A model generated the notes under the pieces. The model saw only the letters and a program-made list of their open reading frames with translations, made no database searches and had not been told where the DNA came from. A stretch of DNA of 63,736 nt, the filler included, from an uncultured Methanosarcinales archaeon (GTDB lineage Archaea; Nanobdellota; Nanobdellia; Woesearchaeales; CAZXZL01), in NCBI GenBank assembly GCA_964645415.1. It is 4 parts of 4 records of this genome, joined end to end, with 100 filler letters (N's around TTAATTAATTAA, not from the genome) between each part and the next. Parts side by side here need not be neighbours in the genome. Positions count along the whole stretch, not along the records: positions 1 to 18,917 come from CAZXZL010000017.1; 3 more parts are not named here. The stretch is one strand, 5' to 3'. Made by a program: the position numbers and the translations under genes. Below, piece by piece: positions 1-9,569 of the stretch (its first letter is position 1; each line of letters begins with the position of its first letter).

Positions 1-944
1 TTATCTAATTCAATTAGACTATCTTCAATAAATTTAGATAATTCATCTTTTAATTTAATTAAATCATCTATAATCTCTTTATTAGATTTATTTATTAATT
101 TATTATAATTCTTAGTTTTTGGATTTAATTTTTTAGAATAAATTGTTCCTCTAACTAATAATCCTTCATCAATAATATCATAAGGTTTTTCAACATTCTT
201 TGCTCTTCTTTTCATTCTATTTTTTAATTGTACTCCATCTTTTAAACTCATAGTACATAAGTGAATGTTAAGATTATACTTTTTAGAATAATCAATTATT
301 TCTTTACCCAACTCAATAGATTTTTTAGATAACTCTTTATCAAATTTCTTAGGGTCTTCAAATTCATTTAAATTTAAAAAATCAATAGTATTTTGTGAAA
401 AATCAACTAATTCTTTAATCTCTTCTTTTTTATTAACTAATAAAGGAATTTCAATTCCAATATCCCAATCATACTTTTTTGCTAAATTAATTCTTTCCCA
501 ATATTTTTTATTATCAAAATTAGGATGGAATCTAATTTCATCTAATCCAGAATCATATAATTTCTTTAGTTTATTTTCATCAACTAAATTTAATGAAGTA
601 TAAAGATGTATATGAAAATCATCAAATCTATCTTTTAAGAGGTTTATAATTTTTAAAGTTCTATCTAGTTTTAATAAAGGATCTCCTCCTGTTATCCCAG
701 CACCTTCTGCATCAATTAATTCAGATTCTTTTATTATTTTATCAAATTCTTTTTCATTTTTAATTGGCCACTCATCTGCCCAAATAACATCTTTATCTTT
801 TCTTCTTTCACCTAGAGGACAAAACCAACAGTCTCTTGGACACAATCCAGTAACATAAATTACAACTTTAGAACCTTTTACACAATACTTACAACCTTCA
901 GGTAATTCTCCTTCAAGATAAGAACTATAATTTGTTTTATTCAT
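1..944 (-). CDS. Radical SAM protein (COG2108-like), partial: 3' end lies outside the window
   Basis: Manual translation from ATG at 944: MNKTNYSSYLEGELPEGCKYCVKGSKVVIYVTGLCPRDCWFCPLG..., with a CxxxCxxC motif and later GITGGDP. Not in the ORF track because there is no stop codon in the window. Confidence 0.85.
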   Translation of the reverse strand, partial: MNKTNYSSYLEGELPEGCKYCVKGSKVVIYVTGLCPRDCWFCPLGERRKDKDVIWADEWPIKNEKEFDKIIKESELIDAEGAGITGGDPLLKLDRTLKIINLLKDRFDDFHIHLYTSLNLVDENKLKKLYDSGLDEIRFHPNFDNKKYWERINLAKKYDWDIGIEIPLLVNKKEEIKELVDFSQNTIDFLNLNEFEDPKKFDKELSKKSIELGKEIIDYSKKYNLNIHLCTMSLKDGVQLKNRMKRRAKNVEKPYDIIDEGLLVRGTIYSKKLNPKTKNYNKLINKSNKEIIDDLIKLKDELSKFIEDSLIELD

Positions 945-992
945 TTTATTAATATTTTATAATTAAATTAGTTTTTAACTCTTATGACTTTA

Positions 993-1664
993 TCAGTAAA
1001 TTTTTGAATCACAAAAATTACTGGAGTCATTAATAACAGATTTAATTTCATTTAGTTCATTATTATTAAAATATTCTAAATTCATATATACTGAATCAAT
1101 TAAAGAGTTAGAATATTGCTTTTTAAATTCACATAAATCAAAGTCAGAGAATTCATCTAAAAAACTTTCATAAAAATCATTATTATAATAATATTTATTT
1201 GCTTTAGCTATCTGTTTTTTGCTTTTTTCTAAAAATTTTTTATCTCTAGAAAAAAAATATTTAATTGAGTTTGATAGTCCTTTAATAACTTCATTTCCTG
1301 GATTTATTTTAGATTTGAAATTTGATTCATAATTTTCTATCATTTCATTAATCTTGTTTGAATAATTAAAATCCATGGTGTTATAGTATATACTCCTCAT
1401 TCCTCGTGAAAAAAGTTCTGGATTGATAATGCCATAATTCTGGTTAAAATTATTTTTTAAAATATTAAAAATATAATCTGGCTCAAAACGATATCTTTTT
1501 TCAGATTCATTAAACTTTTCAAACAATATTTCCTCAAGTTTACTTTTATTTTCTAATGGAATAAATTTACTTTTAGAATTTAATCTAGTTTTACGTAAAG
1601 TGGATTCGTAATATGCTTTATAAACTCTATTCTTTAACTTTGAGATTTTATTAAATATTTTCAT
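993..1664 (-). CDS. Hypothetical protein, paralog of 1712..2413
   Basis: 223-aa ORF sharing GIINPELFSRGMRSIYY and FKKQYSNSLID blocks with the neighbouring ORF. Confidence 0.75.
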   Translation of the reverse strand: MKIFNKISKLKNRVYKAYYESTLRKTRLNSKSKFIPLENKSKLEEILFEKFNESEKRYRFEPDYIFNILKNNFNQNYGIINPELFSRGMRSIYYNTMDFNYSNKINEMIENYESNFKSKINPGNEVIKGLSNSIKYFFSRDKKFLEKSKKQIAKANKYYYNNDFYESFLDEFSDFDLCEFKKQYSNSLIDSVYMNLEYFNNNELNEIKSVINDSSNFCDSKIY

Positions 1665-1711
1665 TTTAATATATTTCTTATTTTTTTAAAAATCAATCTT
1701 TCTTATTTAAC

Positions 1712-2413
1712 TTATAATTCTCTTTTTAAGTACCTTTTATATTGTTTTGAATCTTTAATGATATATTTAATCTTCTTTTTTTCTTCTTTATCAAGTAAAT
1801 GATAACCTGCATAAGATAAATCAATTAATGAATTAGAATATTGTAATTTAAAAGAAGCTAAACCTTTCATAGAATATCTTAGTATAAAATCAGAATAAAA
1901 TTTATCATTTTCAAAATAATACTTATTAGATTTTGATAAATTATTTTTAGCTTCATTTAAAAACTCATCATTTTCTGTAAATAAATTAAGAATAACATAT
2001 GAGAAACTATTTATTAATCTATTAGCTGGATTTACTTTTCTTGTAAATTCGGGATTATCATTATATTCATCATCCATATTAGATTCTAATATATCTGTTA
2101 AATTTGAAGAATAATCTAAGCTCTCTTTTTGGTAGTATATTTTTCTTAATCCTAAAGAATACATTTCAGGATTAACTATTCCAAAATCTTTATTATAATT
2201 ATTTATTAAAAAATCATAAACAAAATCATTATCATAATTTAACATAGTTTTTACTTTTTTTAATTTATTGAACAACCTGTTTTCATGGCCTGATTTAGAA
2301 TTTTCTTTTATATAATAACTATAATTATTATCTCTGTTAAAATTTAAAAATGACTTAAATGTAACTTTGTCATACTTTTTTTTTAGACTATTAACTTTTT
2401 CTACTAAATCCAT
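1712..2413 (-). CDS. Hypothetical protein, paralog of 993..1664
   Basis: 233-aa ORF with GIVNPEMYSLGLRKIYY and FKLQYSNSLID blocks. Confidence 0.75.
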   Translation of the reverse strand: MDLVEKVNSLKKKYDKVTFKSFLNFNRDNNYSYYIKENSKSGHENRLFNKLKKVKTMLNYDNDFVYDFLINNYNKDFGIVNPEMYSLGLRKIYYQKESLDYSSNLTDILESNMDDEYNDNPEFTRKVNPANRLINSFSYVILNLFTENDEFLNEAKNNLSKSNKYYFENDKFYSDFILRYSMKGLASFKLQYSNSLIDLSYAGYHLLDKEEKKKIKYIIKDSKQYKRYLKREL

Positions 2414-2552
2414 TTTCTATTTAATGGTAGTTAATATTTTATTTATAATTTATGTAAATCTTTTTAATTTTTAAACTAATACCAATATACTTTTATTATT
2501 TTAATTCTTTTTTAATAAAAAAACCTATAAATAAATAGGATATTACATATTA

Positions 2553-4049
2553 ATGAATATTTCAAATTTAAAAGGAAAAACAATCATTGTTGATTGTTAT
2601 ACTGATGAACCTTCTGGTTTGGGTGTTCCACCATACCTTGGAATTTATCCTAGGTTAGTTTATGGTGCTTTAAAATATTTAAATAAAGAGGTTATATATT
2701 CAACAATTGATGATTTAAGGTCTAAATTAGAATTCAATGATGATTTAAAAGGAGAAACTTATAAAATAAGAAAATCTAGTAGTAGCAATATCAAATTATT
2801 ACATTCAACAGGAAATATTAAAGATATTTCCTTAAAGAAATTAAATGATTTTAATATTATTTTTATTGGTGGTGTACACACTCCTGGAAAATATTTAAGT
2901 GCAAAACCTGCTACTAGAAAAGAGATTGATAATTATTCATTAAATTTTAAAAAATCTTTTATTTTTGGACCTTTAATTTATGGAAGTGGTCAATATGGTG
3001 GTTCAAAAGCAAGTAAATCTTCTATATCTCAAATTAAATTAGATGTTGATAGAGAGATCTGTTTTAAAAATGCTTTTTCAATAATTGATCATATTCCTTG
3101 GGAAGTAATGCTTGAAATTGAAACCGGATTAGGTTGTATTCGTAATAAAGGTTGTAGTTTTTGTACAGAACCTTTTAAAAATAATCTTTTCTGGAGAGAA
3201 CCAGATGATATTTTAAATGAATTAGATTTATTCTTTCAAAAAGGTGTTAGTAGAATAAGGTTTGGAAAACAAACTTGTTTTTATTCTTATCAAAACTTTA
3301 ACTTAAAGAAATTAAAGAAACTTTTAACTGGTGTTTGGAAGTTATCTAACCCTCAGGTTGTACATATAGATAATGCAAATCCTAGTCATATAGTATCAAA
3401 AAAAGGTAAGAAAATCACTGAAATGATAGTAAAATATACTACTTCTGGAAATATTGCGGCGATGGGTGTTGAATCTTTTGATCCTAATGTTTGTGAATTG
3501 AATAATTTAAACTCTTCTCCAGAAACTTCTTTGGAAGCTATAAAAATATTAAATGAATATGGAAAAAAAGTTGGTGATAATGGGATGCCTCAATTTTTAC
3601 CTGGTTTAAATTTATTATTTGGATTACCTGGTGAATCTAAAAAAACACATAGTTATAATATGAGATATCTAAAAAAAATATTAGATTATGACTTATTTTT
3701 AAGAAGAATAAATATTAGAGAAGTTGTGTCTTTTGAGGGTGCTCCAATTAGTAATATGAATCTTCCTAAAGATACAAAAAAATATTATTGGAAATGGAAA
3801 AAAGAAATTAGAAAAGAGATTGATAATAAAATGTTAAAAAAAGTAATTCCTAAAGATAGAGTTTTAAAAAATGTATATTTTGAAGTATATGATGGAAAAA
3901 AATCTTTTGGTAGACAATTTGGAACATATCCTATCGTTGTTGGAGTAAACAGAAGGGTAAAGTTAGGAAAACCTTATGATGTTAAAGTAACTGATCATAT
4001 GTTAAGAAGTGTTACAGGAAAAGTAATTAATGATTTAGAAAAGATTTAA
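2553..4049 (+). CDS. Radical SAM protein with C-terminal TRAM domain (COG1031-like)
   Basis: N-terminal YTDEPSGLGVPPYLG, CIRNKGCSFCTEP cluster motif, HIDNANP, LRRINIR and GRQFGTYP motifs. Confidence 0.85.
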   Translation: MNISNLKGKTIIVDCYTDEPSGLGVPPYLGIYPRLVYGALKYLNKEVIYSTIDDLRSKLEFNDDLKGETYKIRKSSSSNIKLLHSTGNIKDISLKKLNDFNIIFIGGVHTPGKYLSAKPATRKEIDNYSLNFKKSFIFGPLIYGSGQYGGSKASKSSISQIKLDVDREICFKNAFSIIDHIPWEVMLEIETGLGCIRNKGCSFCTEPFKNNLFWREPDDILNELDLFFQKGVSRIRFGKQTCFYSYQNFNLKKLKKLLTGVWKLSNPQVVHIDNANPSHIVSKKGKKITEMIVKYTTSGNIAAMGVESFDPNVCELNNLNSSPETSLEAIKILNEYGKKVGDNGMPQFLPGLNLLFGLPGESKKTHSYNMRYLKKILDYDLFLRRINIREVVSFEGAPISNMNLPKDTKKYYWKWKKEIRKEIDNKMLKKVIPKDRVLKNVYFEVYDGKKSFGRQFGTYPIVVGVNRRVKLGKPYDVKVTDHMLRSVTGKVINDLEKI

Positions 4050-4836
4050 TTTCATTCATCTTTTTATCCATTAAATTTCTTCCATATTCAAAACTTGAAT
4101 CAATACTGAAAAAATCAAGAATGTTTTTATCTGAAGTATCTGGTTCAATTAAAAAAATATCTGCTTTTCTTTTTGCTTCCTTTAATTGTTCCTTAAAAAT
4201 ATTATTTTGAATATGAATTGCTGAAGCAGAAAGAGTTTTAATTAGGTCTGGATCATTACTTTCTTTACTATGATTTAAAAAATTAATTACTATGATTTTT
4301 TTATAACCTTTTTCTACCGCTCTTAATATAGGTACTGGGCTACTAACCCCACCATCAATTAAATAATTATCTCCTTCTTTAACAGGCTCAAAAACACCAG
4401 GTAGTGAAATACTTGCTCTAACTGCTTTTGTTAAATCTCCTTTACTAAAAACATATCTTGAACCATCAATAAGTTTAGTTGAAACACATTCAAATTTTTT
4501 TGGGAGTTCTTCAATTTTTGCACCCATAAAAAATACATTGAAAGTTTCTTCAATTTTTTCTCCTTTTATAAGAGATTTATTTATAATATTTATATCAAGT
4601 AATTTAAGAAATTTTTTACCAAGATTTTGTTTAAATATTTTTTTAATATAATCAGTGTCATATTCATATGCTACACATGCTCCAATCATTGCTCCAATAC
4701 TAGTTCCTACAATATAATCTGGATCAGCACCTAATTCTAATAGTCTATCAATTACTCCAATCCCACAAAGTCCTTTTGCTCCTCCTCCTCCAATAACTAA
4801 AGCTATATCTTTCATATTTTTATTATCTATTAACAT
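4027..4836 (-). CDS. Patatin-like phospholipase (RssA/NTE family)
   Basis: GGGGAKG oxyanion loop, GTSIG nucleophile elbow, DGG catalytic motif. Confidence 0.9.
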   Translation of the reverse strand: MLIDNKNMKDIALVIGGGGAKGLCGIGVIDRLLELGADPDYIVGTSIGAMIGACVAYEYDTDYIKKIFKQNLGKKFLKLLDINIINKSLIKGEKIEETFNVFFMGAKIEELPKKFECVSTKLIDGSRYVFSKGDLTKAVRASISLPGVFEPVKEGDNYLIDGGVSSPVPILRAVEKGYKKIIVINFLNHSKESNDPDLIKTLSASAIHIQNNIFKEQLKEAKRKADIFLIEPDTSDKNILDFFSIDSSFEYGRNLMDKKMNEIKSFLNH

Positions 4837-4933
4837 TTTATATATTTTTCTAAGTTTTTAAATTCTAAAATTGTACTATATTCTTTAATTTCATATTCAT
4901 AATCTTTATAAATTAAAATCCTCCTTTAACATT

Positions 4934-5494
4934 ATGAAATATAATTTTAAAAAACTAATCTTAATTACTTTTTCATTATTCTTTTTATTTTCATTGTTTA
5001 ATTCTGTGCATTCTTTAGAGAATTCTGAAAAAGTAACAATATACTATTTTTATGGTGATGGTTGTCCATATTGTATTGAACAAAATAATTTTTTTAATGA
5101 AATGATTGTTGATTATCCTGAAGTAGAGATTATAAAATTTGAAACATGGAGATATCAAAGTAATGTTGAAGTTTTAGAAAATATGGGTGCCTTAATTGGT
5201 GAAGATAACATTAGAGGAGTTCCTATAACTTTTATTAATGAACAAATGTTTGTTGGTTTTAATGATAGAATTGCAAATAGTATAATATCAAATATTGAGT
5301 ATTGTATTGAAAATGACTGTCGTGATTTAGGAGAAGATGTTATTTATAATCCAAATTATGTTGAAGTTTTTACGATAGATGATGTTGAATTAAGTTCTGA
5401 TGGTTCTTTTAATTATATTTTACTTTCATTAATTATTTTAATTTCTATTTTTGCTGGTTGGTATATGCTTAGAAATAGTGATGATGAATTTTAA
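4934..5494 (+). CDS. Membrane-anchored extracellular thioredoxin/glutaredoxin-like protein
   Basis: N-terminal signal peptide, CPYC, GVP cis-Pro motif, C-terminal TM helix. Confidence 0.8.
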   Translation: MKYNFKKLILITFSLFFLFSLFNSVHSLENSEKVTIYYFYGDGCPYCIEQNNFFNEMIVDYPEVEIIKFETWRYQSNVEVLENMGALIGEDNIRGVPITFINEQMFVGFNDRIANSIISNIEYCIENDCRDLGEDVIYNPNYVEVFTIDDVELSSDGSFNYILLSLIILISIFAGWYMLRNSDDEF

Positions 5495-5514
5495 AGAAAA
5501 AAATAAAAAAAGAA

Positions 5515-5742
5515 TCAGTTTTGAATAGCTGATCCAATAATTGCTGATCCAGTAATAATTCCTGCAGTTAAAATCGCCATATCACCAGCAATAGCAGTAA
5601 ATCCTGCCCAGTGTGCTCCAACTCTAATAATCCAAACTGTTACCATAAAATAAATAATTCCTAACAGAATTAATACTACAGAAGCTAAAGCAGTACCTAA
5701 TAAATTCTTTAATATATTACCAATTTTTTTCATAAATATCAC
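5515..5742 (-). CDS. Small two-TM membrane protein
   Basis: 75-aa hydrophobic ORF; SD-like AGGTGA upstream of the second Met. Confidence 0.7.
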   Translation of the reverse strand: MIFMKKIGNILKNLLGTALASVVLILLGIIYFMVTVWIIRVGAHWAGFTAIAGDMAILTAGIITGSAIIGSAIQN

Positions 5743-5793
5743 CTATTATTTGTTTTAGTTTAATTTTATAAAAAAGTTACTATTTAAAAGTAA

Positions 5794-6123
5794 TTACTTG
5801 TCTTTTAATTTTACAGCAGTTCCATAAGCAAGCATTTCTGAAGCACCTTGCATAATCATAGATGTAACAAATCTAACATTAATGATTGCATCAGCTTCCA
5901 TCTCAATTGCTTCATTAACCATTCTATTATAAACTTCATCTCTTGACTCTCCTGCCATTTTAGAGTAAGCTTTTACCTCACCACCAATTATTGTTTTTAA
6001 ACTTGCTCCAATATCTCTCACAAAATTTTTAGTTCTTACTGTATTTCCCCTTGCTATTCCTAATATTTCAGTAACTTCTTTTCCAGGAATATTTTCGCTT
6101 GTTGTAACAATTATATCTGTCAT
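5794..6123 (-). CDS. YbjQ/UPF0145 putative heavy-metal-binding protein
   Basis: TTSENIPG, RDIGASLKTIIGGE, ADAIINVRF and AYGTAV motifs. Confidence 0.9.
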   Translation of the reverse strand: MTDIIVTTSENIPGKEVTEILGIARGNTVRTKNFVRDIGASLKTIIGGEVKAYSKMAGESRDEVYNRMVNEAIEMEADAIINVRFVTSMIMQGASEMLAYGTAVKLKDK

Positions 6124-6132
6124 TTTTTCACC

Positions 6133-6321
6133 TCAAAATTTTATTTCTTCGATTTTATCTTCATTCTCATTTAAGATTAAAATAAATCCTAAAATTAATA
6201 ATAATAGTCCAATTAAATTAGGAATTAAAAATTCTAAACTGAAATTAATTGGAAAGATAAAAAAAATTGAAATTATTATTAGTACAAACCCACCTAAAAC
6301 TCTTGTTAAATCAAATTCCAT
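6133..6321 (-). CDS. Small membrane protein
   Basis: 62 aa, two hydrophobic helices, acidic/basic tail (NEDKIEEIK). Confidence 0.65.
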   Translation of the reverse strand: MEFDLTRVLGGFVLIIISIFFIFPINFSLEFLIPNLIGLLLLILGFILILNENEDKIEEIKF

Positions 6322-6510
6322 ATTATTTGATAAGTCTCTTTTTAAATATATAAAGGTTTCTATGTTTTTTAAGTTATCATTTATACTTTTTTTAAAGAAA
6401 ATGCTAGAAATTATTTTTTTGTTTTATTTTTTTATTCTTGTTTTATCTTATTTGAATTATGTTTATTCGTTGAATCTTCTTCGAAAGTTGTCTTCTTTTT
6501 ATTCTTTTAA

Positions 6511-6680
6511 TATTTATTCGTAGAATGCTAAAGAAAATATATTCGCTTTTCATCTTTTAGGGTTTTATCGGAATTTTATACTCATCTTATTTTTTTTATC
6601 GTCTTTTATTTTTTATTAACAAATCAGCAGATTTTTTGTTTTTATGAATCTTTAATTATGTATAAAATTCCTTCTTAATT
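6511..6680 (-). repeat. Dispersed intergenic repeat, module B (inverted-repeat module); homologous to 63260..63426
   Basis: Reverse complement aligns with 63260-63426. Contains GGAATTTTATAC (6570-6581) / GTATAAAATTCC (6660-6671) and an internal AAATC-AGCA-GATTT hairpin. Confidence 0.8.
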
Positions 6681-6777
6681 TATTTTAATTACCTTGATTT
6701 ATCTGTGTTATATTAATTTTTATTACTATAAAATTAAAAAAATTTTTTATAAATAACATTTTAGACAATTTTCATGT

Positions 6778-9519
6778 ATGGATCCTATTAATTACTCATT
6801 ATCTAGTTCTGAATATAAAAAAAGAAAAGAGGAATATGGCGAGAATAAAATTTCATTAGAAAGTGATGTGACTCCACTAAAAATATTTCTAAGACAGTTT
6901 AAAAACTTAATGGTCTACATTCTTTTAGCTGCTATTGTATTATCTTTAATTCTAGATCAAGCATATCATGCTGTAATTATTGGAATAATTATTGTTTTTA
7001 TTGTTTTAATGGGTTTTTTTCAAGAGTATAAAGCAAGCAAAGAAATGGAAGCATTAAAGAACCTATTAGTTCCTGATTCAGTAGTAATACGTGACAAAAA
7101 GAAAAAAGTAGTTCCATCAACTGATATTGTTCCAGGAGATATTGTATTCTTAAATAATGGAGATAAAGTTCCTGCAGATGGTGTTATCTTAGATTCAAGT
7201 AACTTTTCAGTAGACGAATCAATCATTACTGGTGAATCTGAGCCACAAACAAAATCTTCTTTTGAATTAGATGATGTTCATCATGACTTTGATTTTGAAG
7301 ACTATGATGATGAAGAGAAGGTTTTCATGTCTACATATGTTAATTCTGGAAATGCTTATGTAAAAATATTAGAAACAGGAGATAATACAGAATTTGGAAA
7401 AATTGCAGGAATGGTTCAAGGAGAAGATGATTCATTAGAAGATGTTGTTGATAAACCATTAAAATATTTAACTAGTTTTGCTTTAATATTAGTTTTTATT
7501 ACTGCAACCATTCTCTTTATTAGAGAAGGAGATATAACTGATTTTCAATCTATTGCTTCAATCCTAGTTATGGCTTTAGCAATGCTTGTAGCAGGAATTC
7601 CTGAAGGATTACCACTCGTTGTAACATTGAGTCTTGCAAATGGATTAAAAAAGATGTCTAAAAAGAATGTAATTGTTAACAAAATGGATTCTTTAGAAGA
7701 TCTTGGAAAAGTTTCTTTCATTTGTTCAGATAAAACAGGAACAATTACAAAAAATCAAATGACTGTAAAAAAGTTCTTTTTCAATGGTAACATGTATGAA
7801 GTTGAAGGAACAGGTTATAATAACAAAGGAAATATTCATTTTGGTGTAAAAAATGTTGATACTGAAGAAATTGAATTATTTATTGATTCATTATTATTAT
7901 GTAATGATTCAAGTTTAACTGATCGTTCAGATGAAGATGATACCCCAAATGACTGTTTAACTTATGGTATTATTGGTTCATCAACTGAAGGATCACTTTT
8001 AGTTCTTGGTGAAAAAGCTTCAAAAAATAAAGATCAATTAGAAAAAAATCATAAAAGACACGAAGAAGTTCCATTTTCCTCTGATAGAAAAATGATGAGT
8101 ACATTAAATGAATATTCTTTAAATAATAAATTAAAAACTATTTCTCAAGACTTAGGTTTAAAAGATAAAAATGACGATTTAAATAATGAAAAAACTGTTT
8201 TTGTTAAAGGAGCAATTGATGTAATATTACCTTATTGTAAACGTGTTGTTAGACATAATAGCATTACTTTACTTGATAAAAAATATAAAAATAGACTAAA
8301 AAATGATGCTCATAGTTTATCTGAAAATGGTTATAGAGTTCTTGCAGTTGCAATTAGAGAAGGAGATAATGAAAAAGATCTTGAAGAATTAGAAAAAGAT
8401 AATCTTATCTTTTTAGGATATGTTGCTATTATTGATCCTGCAAGAGAAGATGTAAATGAATCAATTAAAGTTGCAAATGAAGCAGGTATTGATGTTATGA
8501 TGATTACTGGTGATCACAAAAAAACTGCTACTTCAATAGCCGATTCTGTAGGATTAATAGATAAATCAAAAAGTAATTATAAGGTAATGACTGGAGATGA
8601 GTTAGATAAAACTAGTGATGAAGAGCTTTCAAAAATTATTGAAGATGTAAGAGTTTTTGCTCGTATGAAACCAGAGCAAAAATTAAGAGTAGTTGATGCT
8701 TTAAAAGATAATGATCATGTTGTTGCAATGACTGGTGATGGTGTTAATGATGCTCCAGCTCTTAAAAAGTCCGATATAGGGATATCTTTAGGTAGTGGAA
8801 CAGAAGTAGCAAGAGAAGCAAGTGAAATTGTTTTAAAAGATGATAAATTTAGTACAATCGTTACAGGAATTAAAGAAGGACGTCATATATTTGAAAACTT
8901 ACAGAAATTTTCATCATTTCTTTTCTCTTGTAATATTGCTGAATTAATTGCTATTTTTGTATCAATATTACTTAAATTACCAATTGCTTTTACTGCACTT
9001 CAAATTTTATTAATTAATTTAATAATTGATGATATGCCTGCAATTGCAATTGCATTAAATCCTTCTTCTCATGATATCATGGAATGGAAGCCAAAAGACA
9101 GGGGAGCTCCGCTTTTTGATAAACAATTAACCGCTCTTACTATCTTTACTGGTTTATTAAGAACTTCTGTTGTCCTTGGATTTTTCTATTGGGCATTAGA
9201 GTTTACAGATTTACCTATTTTTGGTGCAAGAGGTGTAATATTTACAGCTATGACATTCCTTGGTATCATGTTTGCTTTTAGTTTTAGATCATTTAGAAAA
9301 GTATTAAATGTTGATATCAGTAGAAATAAGTTTATGCTTTATGCTAGTTTAGGTTCATTACTTGTTTGGTTTTTTGTAACCTATAGTCCTTTCAATCACA
9401 TATTTGAACTTGCTAGAATTCCTTTTCAAATTATACTATTGATATTACCTATTTCATTAGTATCTGTTTTTGTATTGGACCTTGTTAAATATAAAATTAT
9501 GAAAGGCTTTTACAATTAA
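6778..9519 (+). CDS. P-type cation-transporting ATPase (P2A Ca2+-like)
   Basis: TGES, PEGL, DKTGT phosphorylation motif, KGA, TGD, GDGVNDAPAL. Confidence 0.95.
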   Translation: MDPINYSLSSSEYKKRKEEYGENKISLESDVTPLKIFLRQFKNLMVYILLAAIVLSLILDQAYHAVIIGIIIVFIVLMGFFQEYKASKEMEALKNLLVPDSVVIRDKKKKVVPSTDIVPGDIVFLNNGDKVPADGVILDSSNFSVDESIITGESEPQTKSSFELDDVHHDFDFEDYDDEEKVFMSTYVNSGNAYVKILETGDNTEFGKIAGMVQGEDDSLEDVVDKPLKYLTSFALILVFITATILFIREGDITDFQSIASILVMALAMLVAGIPEGLPLVVTLSLANGLKKMSKKNVIVNKMDSLEDLGKVSFICSDKTGTITKNQMTVKKFFFNGNMYEVEGTGYNNKGNIHFGVKNVDTEEIELFIDSLLLCNDSSLTDRSDEDDTPNDCLTYGIIGSSTEGSLLVLGEKASKNKDQLEKNHKRHEEVPFSSDRKMMSTLNEYSLNNKLKTISQDLGLKDKNDDLNNEKTVFVKGAIDVILPYCKRVVRHNSITLLDKKYKNRLKNDAHSLSENGYRVLAVAIREGDNEKDLEELEKDNLIFLGYVAIIDPAREDVNESIKVANEAGIDVMMITGDHKKTATSIADSVGLIDKSKSNYKVMTGDELDKTSDEELSKIIEDVRVFARMKPEQKLRVVDALKDNDHVVAMTGDGVNDAPALKKSDIGISLGSGTEVAREASEIVLKDDKFSTIVTGIKEGRHIFENLQKFSSFLFSCNIAELIAIFVSILLKLPIAFTALQILLINLIIDDMPAIAIALNPSSHDIMEWKPKDRGAPLFDKQLTALTIFTGLLRTSVVLGFFYWALEFTDLPIFGARGVIFTAMTFLGIMFAFSFRSFRKVLNVDISRNKFMLYASLGSLLVWFFVTYSPFNHIFELARIPFQIILLILPISLVSVFVLDLVKYKIMKGFYN

Positions 9520-9569
9520 TTTTTTTTATTTTTGAATAAATTTAAATAGAATTTAAACTGTAGGTTAAT

